From: Amoebophrya sp. A120
Lineage: Eukaryota; Protista; Dinoflagellata
Reading direction: 5' to 3'
DNA: 64,000 bases
NCBI GenBank assembly: GCA_905178155.1
Contig: CAJINV010000001.1
Span: forward strand, 8,277,599 to 8,341,598
Positions 56,657 through 64,000 of this stretch are shown here, piece by piece. A program made the position numbers and the translations under genes. The notes beneath the pieces are model-generated. The model saw only the letters and a program-made list of their open reading frames with translations. It was not told the origin of the DNA and made no database searches. Numbering within the stretch: position 1 is the first letter of the stretch; each line of letters starts with the position of its first letter.

Positions 56657-59233
56657 TTACTGAAATCTCCTCGGGGCCAGGAGATCTTCTATGAATTGGT
56701 TAAACCGAAAACGGAAAAGCGGCAAATCTTGGAGGGGCGTACCATCTTGGGTCGGCCTTGTCAGAAACTGTTCGTGCAGAGTGCTTAGTCCATTGGTGGG
56801 GCCCCAGGTTTTCCTTTCTGCAGCTTCTTCTTGGGCCCCCTGTCGCTCCAGCGCTGCCAGGGCTCCACGCACTGCCTCCTTTGCTTCGGAGGGGGGTAGG
56901 CCTTCTCCGAAATTGGTGCCCGGCACATCCGGCAACCCTAAACCCCAAAAACACCCGACCACAGGAGAATCTACTTCCACATCAGACGTGTTGCCATCGC
57001 GTACAGAGCTCGAGAAAGTGCGGACGAAGCTGCAACTCGCCTCGCTTTCCGGCTCGCGTCGGCTGCCACTTTCTTGGCCTCCTTCTCCGTTCCCCGACTC
57101 CGAAACTGGGTAGGGGCAGCCCGCTGTAGACTCGCTCGGCCGGATCCCTGCTCCGCCACCTGACATGCCCAGGCTATGGCTCGCAGAGCGGCCCTCCTCG
57201 TCTCCTGAAGACGACGGACCAACAGCACCTGCAGGCGCCAGGGAGGTGGCAGTCGAGGAGGCAGCGCAAGCGGTGGACCCCGAGCCGGCACCCTGGTCGT
57301 GTCCCGTCTGGGCGTCTCGGAGCCTGGCGAGTCTTGCCAGGACGTTTCTTCTGTTGCGAACTCGTCCTGGACCTTGACCACGTGGAACAAACTCCCCGAA
57401 CGTTAGCACCATGTGGCAAAAGTGCCTGCGCTCAAACCCGGCCCAGCCCCCGTTGTGCGCAGCCTGCTCAATCTGGAACACGATTTGCGTGAACTTACCA
57501 GGGGGACGCGCTGCCGCGAAGGCCCGCGCGAGAAGCGTCATGTTGTCCGGAGTCCACTCTGCGGCTATCTGCATTTGGCTAGATTTCATGGAGTTCGACG
57601 GGGCCCACTTTGCAATCTCCTCGAGGACTGGCAGATACCGTGCCTCCGCCCGCCGGTTGACCCGCTGCATGATTGCGAGTGCAAGCGCAAGCCTGGCCAA
57701 AGTCTGTTGTGAATCAATGTGACCAACCACGACGGCCCCAACAGGCCTCCCCGCTTGTGTGCGGCCGTGTTCGTGTTCGACTCCCGTCCGTTCGTCGCGG
57801 TCACTTGACGAAGTCGCGTCTTTAGGTTGCAGACGAAACAATATTTGCTCCAGCACTGTCACGAGTTGGATGCTGTCCAGTTCGCCCGGCGTTACGTGCC
57901 CGCTTGGGTCGTGAAAGCCCGCTGCACATGCCAGGACGTAGGCGCGATCGACGAGTTCGTCGAGTGGTATGCGTTTTGCACATGCCAGCTCGTCTGCCCG
58001 CTGCATATGCCTCTTTGGAAAAAAGCCACTCTCCCTCTTCTCAGCCCTTTGTCTGCTTCCAGGATCAGGCTCGCAACTCGGCCCCCCTTGGTTCCCGCGC
58101 TGCTTGTCGGGGTTGCAGCCCGAAGGCTCAGCTTCGGTTGTGTCCTCGTGAGGAGCAGGCGGTCTTTGATGTTGTGAGCGACGCCCCAAAGGATCGCCCC
58201 GGGCGCGCTTCTGTTTCGACCGGTGGGCGGACGCTCCTGCCGCAGCACTTCTTGCGGGAGTTGGCGCTGGGACCGAAGGAAATGGCATCACGTGCCGTTG
58301 GTCACTTCCCTGCTGCTGTTCGTGGTCACGTGGCTGATGTGGAAGCATCGTATTAGGCGGCAGCGGCCCCCCTCCTTCTGGTGCGCCGGCAGCCGGACCG
58401 CAGGAGGACCAATTGCTGGCGTAGCGGTGCGGCCCCTGGTGTTGGTCGCCGACCCACATCGGCATGCATAACATCGGCATGCATGTAACGATCGACATGT
58501 ATGTAACGGCCCATCCAACCGGCTGAGTTGGCGCCCCCGAGGACGAGGAGGGGGAGCCGCATCCACAAGCGGAGCCGGGACCTCCACAGTACTGCGGCTG
58601 CTGCTGCTGCAGAAAAGGACTCGTTCCGGCCGGTGAGGCAGCAAAGGCTGCCGGAGGGTAATAATACGGCGCAGCTTGTCCTGGTCCTACGGGGGCCGCG
58701 GTAGGGCTGCTGCTCGCATGGTTCTCCTCTCCAAAGCGATTGGCCCAATCTTCTTCAGAAAAGCCGCTTCCTCCCCCGACAGGAGGCCCACGCGGTACTA
58801 CCAGAGGTGCGCGTTCATTGCGCCCCGAGGTAGTTCTTGCGCTAGAGTGTTGATGGTACGACGGACCCTGTTGTGTCCCGAGGTGAAGTGCGTAGCGACG
58901 CTGTGGCTCCTGGTTTCCCGAGGTGAAGTTGTGGTGGTCCTCGGCCTGCTGCGTCGTAGGTTGTAGTGGGTGATCGCTGTCGTCCGACATATCCGCGGGG
59001 AATGGAATTTGTCCCGGGTGCTCGTAGTAGTGTCTGAGGTCGGGGACCTCTCCGGCATCAGCCTGACTCCCCGAAACCTCCCGCTGCGACGAAGCCAGCG
59101 CCGCAGCAAGTTGAGCGCACTGGCCGAGAAAAGCTAGTTGCAATCCGAGTAGGGCAACACGTGCGGCCCGACAACGCACGGGCTTGCCGAGAAATGGCGC
59201 GGCTCCCATGTTGTACGGCTTCTGCGTCAGCAT
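56657..59233 (-). CDS. Orphan putative secreted protein, 858 aa
   Basis: Intronless ORF with a signal-like segment (VALLGLQLAFLGQCAQLAAALA), a Pro/Gln/Ser-rich N-half and a helical central region. Confidence 0.7.
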   Translation of the reverse strand: MLTQKPYNMGAAPFLGKPVRCRAARVALLGLQLAFLGQCAQLAAALASSQREVSGSQADAGEVPDLRHYYEHPGQIPFPADMSDDSDHPLQPTTQQAEDHHNFTSGNQEPQRRYALHLGTQQGPSYHQHSSARTTSGRNERAPLVVPRGPPVGGGSGFSEEDWANRFGEENHASSSPTAAPVGPGQAAPYYYPPAAFAASPAGTSPFLQQQQPQYCGGPGSACGCGSPSSSSGAPTQPVGWAVTYMSIVTCMPMLCMPMWVGDQHQGPHRYASNWSSCGPAAGAPEGGGPLPPNTMLPHQPRDHEQQQGSDQRHVMPFPSVPAPTPARSAAAGASAHRSKQKRARGDPLGRRSQHQRPPAPHEDTTEAEPSGCNPDKQRGNQGGPSCEPDPGSRQRAEKRESGFFPKRHMQRADELACAKRIPLDELVDRAYVLACAAGFHDPSGHVTPGELDSIQLVTVLEQILFRLQPKDATSSSDRDERTGVEHEHGRTQAGRPVGAVVVGHIDSQQTLARLALALAIMQRVNRRAEARYLPVLEEIAKWAPSNSMKSSQMQIAAEWTPDNMTLLARAFAAARPPGKFTQIVFQIEQAAHNGGWAGFERRHFCHMVLTFGEFVPRGQGPGRVRNRRNVLARLARLRDAQTGHDQGAGSGSTACAASSTATSLAPAGAVGPSSSGDEEGRSASHSLGMSGGGAGIRPSESTAGCPYPVSESGNGEGGQESGSRREPESEASCSFVRTFSSSVRDGNTSDVEVDSPVVGCFWGLGLPDVPGTNFGEGLPPSEAKEAVRGALAALERQGAQEEAAERKTWGPTNGLSTLHEQFLTRPTQDGTPLQDLPLFRFRFNQFIEDLLAPRRFQ

Positions 59234-60806
59234 TTTGCTTGCAGGGGTCTGTTAGTTCTACTTATCAAGGCAGCAGCGCCAGCGGCCAGCACCGTTTGGA
59301 GTTTTATAAGAATAGAGCCCAGCTGTAATACCCTATATGCAAATGCTATATGGCCACAGTAAAAAAAAACGGGCGTAGATAAAAGCTTGATTTGTTTCGT
59401 TGTTTGTTTTATGTGGATACGCGGACCCCGTTTGAAGATTGTCTCTTCTGTCGCGTGTTTATAGTGCTATTTTAATAAAAAGACCAGCTTAACAGAGCCA
59501 CTTTGACCTCGTTCTTGACAAAAACAGGAGTGGCACGACGAAAAACCAACGGTTTGCTGTAAATTGATAAAAAGAGTCTAAAAGCTGAAAGTTTAAAGTT
59601 GACTTCTTTTGGAAAACTTAGCTGCTACAAAGAGTTTCAGTTTGTGGAAAGAGACAGAGATAGTAAAACTTATGCTTGCTTCTCCTCTATTAGTATTAAC
59701 CAAGCAAGTAGTAAATAAAAGCAACTTTCTTTTAATATTATTGGAACCCAGCGTGTTGCCGATGTGATCAGGCGTGATGATCTATTTCCTACGACACCTA
59801 ATCGCAGAAAAATACCAGCTCGAAGCACAATCAACCACGATGCTTTAGTTTACTTTTTGGCGAAAAAAAGTGCTGTTTGTTTGTTTGTACGAGTGGAAAC
59901 GTGGTTTTCCGGGTGAAGTTCTGCTCACGTTCTAGCGCTACTAAATAAAAACAATGCTGCCTCAGTGACTTTGCACGAGAGCCTGATAAAAAATAGGAAA
60001 GACGGTAGAAGCTTAATAGAGGATGGTGCTACTGAGAGAAAGTGAAAAACTGCTGCTGCTGAAAGTGGAGTTTTTTGCTGTCGAAAACTAAACGAAAGTC
60101 TATAAAAGGTTCGAGAAGTGTTTTGCCCAAAAATAGAAGCGGTAGTAGAAAAGAAATGACAATACTAAGTCATAGGAATAGCGCTCGGTCGTGATCGTGA
60201 ATGCGTACCTAAACCCCGACTAGATCAATGCCGGGGGAATCCGTCGCACTAGTAGAAGCTGTGTATCTATGTGTTGAAAGAACAAGCGCCAACTATACGC
60301 TCCACCCTTGAGGTCTAATTGGTCGCTCAAGGAAGTTGAAGGTTCGTTTCAAGATCTTCCTGTACCACAGAGATTGTAACGAAAAAACCAAAGCGATACT
60401 AGAGATGATAAACGTGGTAAGTTATTTGTTTCTACGAATGGTCTGAAATATGTCGTCCCAGATCTTACACGAAAGTTTCTAAATTCGCAGGACGCGGTCC
60501 AATAGCTGATATTACCCTGGAAGTCGTCACAAGTATATTGCCATTGGGTCGAGTTTTTTGCCACAAGCAAGTACTCACTCATCTTCCACAAATAGGTTTT
60601 TGATCCATGTAAGTACCCACAACCAGAGTACTTACTTTTGACCCTTGATCTTCGATCTTCCATGAGTAGGTTTTTGATCCATGTACAACTACAGTATTCC
60701 ACGAACAGGTGGCTTTTGATCCATGCATGTACAACTAGAGCCACTGCGTTGATCAAGATCCAGGAGCCATTTGAAAAGAGACATGCACGCGATTGAGTGC
60801 AAAAGA

Positions 60807-61181
60807 AATCTTGAATTTGCGTGATCTCTTCACTTTCCGACAGAAGATTCTGATCGTCTAACAAAGGATCTGGAAGCAAAGGATCTCGAAGCTGGACTTT
60901 GCGTTTACCTTTTGCGTGTTCTATTCGCGTTTACAAAACCAGCGAACAAAAGTCACAAGTTACTTGCGCTTACCGAATGAAAAACAGAACCGATCTTTTA
61001 AGTACACCCCTGAAGACATCACTTTCTGATACCGAACCCGAGCACTAAAGCTGCATCAAAGCCCGATCGAAGCCCTTCGGACAGACCAGGCGAGAATCAA
61101 TGGTGTTTCTTTCCCACAATACCAAACAAAAAGATTGCACACCTACCTAGTGAAAAAATCCGCAGGAAAGAACGCAAAAGA
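60807..61181. repeat. Dispersed ~350-bp repeat, copy 2
   Basis: Matches 51871-52220 and lies immediately 3' of the CRAL-TRIO gene stop. Confidence 0.88.
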
Positions 61182-61198
61182 CGAGAGAATCTGCTGTA

Positions 61199-63904
61199 TC
61201 AGTCCTCTTGTTCGCTGTCGCAAGAAAAGTAATTTGACACGGTATCTTCGTCCCCTTCTCCACGCAGACAGGGCGCTTCCTCTCGCTCGGGCTCCGATTC
61301 GGAGGATGACAAGCCGTCAACATCTCCCATTCGCCTTCCATCTTGAATCCGTGGGAGGGAGAAAAGCTCTGGCGCGGTGCGGGGCAGGAATTTCGGCCGA
61401 GTGAAGGTCTCCGTTCGTGGTGGCGCGACAAACGGTTTTTTCATCTTCTTTCGACCTTGTTTACTCGTCCTCGAAGATGATGTGTTCATTGAAGGTGCTG
61501 CAGCCCCTGACTTACTCTTTGTTCCGCTGTTTCTTCTTGAACCGGTTGTGTGGTCGCCCGTTGTGCTGGATAAGGAACCCCTTTCCCGTCGCGAGGACCG
61601 CCCAGTCGTCGGGGAATCGTCCGTAAGAGTAGACGATCTTTTGGACGAGGCCGTTGTCGGCCGCGTGCTGGCCGAGCAGTCCTCGAGGTCTACTTCTGAA
61701 AAACTGATTCCTGGCATTTCCCAACTGTAATTTTCGCGGTCCGAGGTCGACCATACCTGATCCAACTTTTCTCGCAGTTCCTCGAAGTTTTGGCAAGTCG
61801 CGAGGGTCATTTTCTTCCTTCCTGAGGCTGAAGATAATTCTGGTCCTTCTTCTACCTTCTCGCAGCAAAAGCGTTCCAGGATTTCCTTCCCGTTTGTATC
61901 CGTGACCTCCATGCTCTCCTTGTTCACTTCGGACGCCAACTGGAATTTGTCCACAATGGTCAGCGCGTAGTTGATGAACGAAGGCGCGTTGATGATGTAA
62001 ACCTTCATTATCCCGTCCGGAAAGTGCCGGGGCCCGTTCCCCGAAACCACGCGGCCGTACTTCGCCAATGCGGCCATCTGGTACGCGGCGTCAAACATGC
62101 CGCAGTTCGCCGCGTCCCAAATGGCCACGAACCCGGTGGAGCCACAGGACCGAATCACCTGCTCCCGCCGCAGGCAGTCCAGCACGTAGGCTTTTTGCGT
62201 TTCGGCGTCCGAGGTTTTTCCGCTGGACAGCACGCCGCTGATTCTTTCCAAGAACGGCTTCACGCGCGCGACGTAGATCGGCGACCCGTCCCGCGCGCGA
62301 AGGATATTCACGCTGGTGGTAGGCGCTCCAGTTCTTTCGCCGCTTGTTTTACTCGCAGTTGTACTATCGACAGGAACAAGTTCGGGTCTTGCCTGGAGAC
62401 CGCGGTTCTTCGGGCTCGTGCGCTGGTGCTGCCGCAGGTAGAGACCCGGGGACAGTGCAACTGCCGCGCTCTCTGTGTCGGCGTCATCCTCCTCTTTTTT
62501 CCCCTGCCGCAGCTTGTAGAAAGTCGATTTTCCAGGGGAAGAAGGCGTCGACTGCTCCCCGGCAGGGGGTCGTGTGCAGTCTAAATCATGCCTCGGAGTA
62601 GACGAAACGGGACACGACTTCTGGTGAAAGATCCCGTGGGGAAAGATATGCTCCCGAGCTAGCCGGTCCGCGTCGGCGTCACTGAGAATCTCCAGGTCCA
62701 TGCTGTACCCACAGGAGCCGCTCGAAGTTGATGTACTGTTCGGGATGATCATCGGAGAGGACCCATCTTCCGCTCCCAAGTGCTCCGCTTTATTCTGGTG
62801 CAAAATTTGCTGCTTGTACCACGAGAGAAGAGCTCCTTTCTTCTTTTTCTTGTTTTGCCCCCCGCCTCTGGGGCTGCTCACTTCCTTTGTCCGACCCAGT
62901 TGCTCCGCGAAGACCGCCGCCCGGAATAGCACGGTCCCCGCCATCTTTTCCAGGACAAAGGTTACCCCGGAACCTAAGCTCGTGCTTTCCATCTTCCGGC
63001 ACTCCTTGAAATGCACACGAAGATAGCGGTAGGCGCACACGTCCGGGCCGGAAAAGGCCTCGAAGAATTCTTCCACCATCAGGTCCACAAGTAATTGCAG
63101 ATTTTTCGCGTCTTTCGCATAGTTGGGAATCAAGTCCTCCTTCACGAATTCCTTCAGCGACGGCCACCCGGGATTCGTCTGTTCCTCGCGGTCCACGAGA
63201 GTCTTTTCCGCTAGGTCAACATTTTTCCCTTCTCGATTTCTCGTTTGCATGGACCCGACCACTTCCGTCGCGCGGTGCTGCAGCTTTTTTGTTTTATTCA
63301 GAGGGCCGTTGTTCGCATCGATCTCCTCGCGCAACATCGAATGAAGGCGTCTCTCCCGCACCATTTTCTCGAGGAGTTCCGAAACAAGCGGCTCCAGCTT
63401 CATCTCTCCCATCCGGGTTTTCAACTTCTCGCCAACCGGCTTTGCCAAACGAGAAAACCACGAGCTGGTGTTTTTCGTGGTGCTAGTTGTTCTCCTACTA
63501 GTCGTGTCCACCGCCAGCTTCGCAGCGACCGCAGAGAGCTGCGACATCTCCGGCTGGAGCAACGCGCTGTTTTTGTCTTTTTCATTGGACGTCGTCGTGC
63601 GCGTTGCCGTTGATGCGGTGCCGCGTTCTTGTTGCGCGGTGTTGTCCACAAGTTTCTGGTCCACCGTAAAGCACGAACTGTCGACGTCCCTTGGGGACCC
63701 CATGGTGCTACCCGACGCACCGCCAGCCAAAGTCCCGCCGTCACTGTCCGATCGGGATAGGTTGTGCTGAAACTGCAGCTCGATCTCCGTGAGCTCCTCG
63801 TTCGTGTTGTTCCGCTTCCCACCCTCGCCGCCCGGAGGACTGCCGGCGCAGCAAGGGTCCGCATGGTGTGGCGGCTCACAACTGCGAAGAATATCGTTGC
63901 CCAT
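61199..63904 (-). CDS. CRAL-TRIO/Sec14-like lipid-binding protein
   Basis: ARDGSPIYVAR, FVAIWD and HFPDGIMKVYIINAPSFINYALTIV motifs; MG..C..CC N-terminus (possible acylation). Confidence 0.8.
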   Translation of the reverse strand: MGNDILRSCEPPHHADPCCAGSPPGGEGGKRNNTNEELTEIELQFQHNLSRSDSDGGTLAGGASGSTMGSPRDVDSSCFTVDQKLVDNTAQQERGTASTATRTTTSNEKDKNSALLQPEMSQLSAVAAKLAVDTTSRRTTSTTKNTSSWFSRLAKPVGEKLKTRMGEMKLEPLVSELLEKMVRERRLHSMLREEIDANNGPLNKTKKLQHRATEVVGSMQTRNREGKNVDLAEKTLVDREEQTNPGWPSLKEFVKEDLIPNYAKDAKNLQLLVDLMVEEFFEAFSGPDVCAYRYLRVHFKECRKMESTSLGSGVTFVLEKMAGTVLFRAAVFAEQLGRTKEVSSPRGGGQNKKKKKGALLSWYKQQILHQNKAEHLGAEDGSSPMIIPNSTSTSSGSCGYSMDLEILSDADADRLAREHIFPHGIFHQKSCPVSSTPRHDLDCTRPPAGEQSTPSSPGKSTFYKLRQGKKEEDDADTESAAVALSPGLYLRQHQRTSPKNRGLQARPELVPVDSTTASKTSGERTGAPTTSVNILRARDGSPIYVARVKPFLERISGVLSSGKTSDAETQKAYVLDCLRREQVIRSCGSTGFVAIWDAANCGMFDAAYQMAALAKYGRVVSGNGPRHFPDGIMKVYIINAPSFINYALTIVDKFQLASEVNKESMEVTDTNGKEILERFCCEKVEEGPELSSASGRKKMTLATCQNFEELREKLDQVWSTSDRENYSWEMPGISFSEVDLEDCSASTRPTTASSKRSSTLTDDSPTTGRSSRRERGSLSSTTGDHTTGSRRNSGTKSKSGAAAPSMNTSSSRTSKQGRKKMKKPFVAPPRTETFTRPKFLPRTAPELFSLPRIQDGRRMGDVDGLSSSESEPEREEAPCLRGEGDEDTVSNYFSCDSEQED

Positions 63905-64000
63905 GATCTATTGACGCCTAGCCCCCAGTTTTTTTTGACGTTTTGACGGGTTGCGCCCGTTCGTAAGTTCCGCACTTCTGATGGTGCCGCTCGAGCTTGT

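Noticed and set aside
1-64000. Numerous plus-strand ORFs (e.g. 105-1148, 5365-6426, 7435-8553, 53480-54640)
   Set aside because: They are antisense shadows of GC-rich minus-strand genes and have no motifs.

Overview
This is eukaryotic DNA, not prokaryotic. About 20 protein genes all lie on the minus strand, with short GT-AG introns. The co-oriented gene block and transposon-like non-canonical introns point to a syndinian dinoflagellate parasite (Amoebophrya-like); this is inference. Main points: (1) Ten complete 171-320 bp elements and one half element have TA(T)...(A)TA terminal inverted repeats (TIRs). All ten complete copies have a 5-bp target-site duplication (TSD) and sit inside coding exons. 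Removing the element plus one TSD copy restores the reading frame in every case, including a conserved deoxyhypusine synthase motif. No such excision register gives GT-AG, and related elements occur in both orientations. (2) A PP1 Inhibitor-3 (Ypi1/PPP1R11) gene has an in-frame TGA exactly at the conserved CC-IYHKP cysteine, plus a SECIS-like hairpin in its 3' flank, making it a candidate new selenoprotein. (3) The spliced gene models were built by hand. They give a kinesin-10-like motor ending in a SAP domain, an SPX-SLC13 transporter, an MFS transporter with four introners, a RING-H2 ligase, a LIM protein and VMA21. Other genes include NAA38, a CDGSH protein, a DEAD-box helicase, a CRAL-TRIO protein and several large orphan secreted proteins. 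There is also a decayed RTE-type retrotransposon and a 100-N gap. All splice models come from reading-frame logic, without transcript data.
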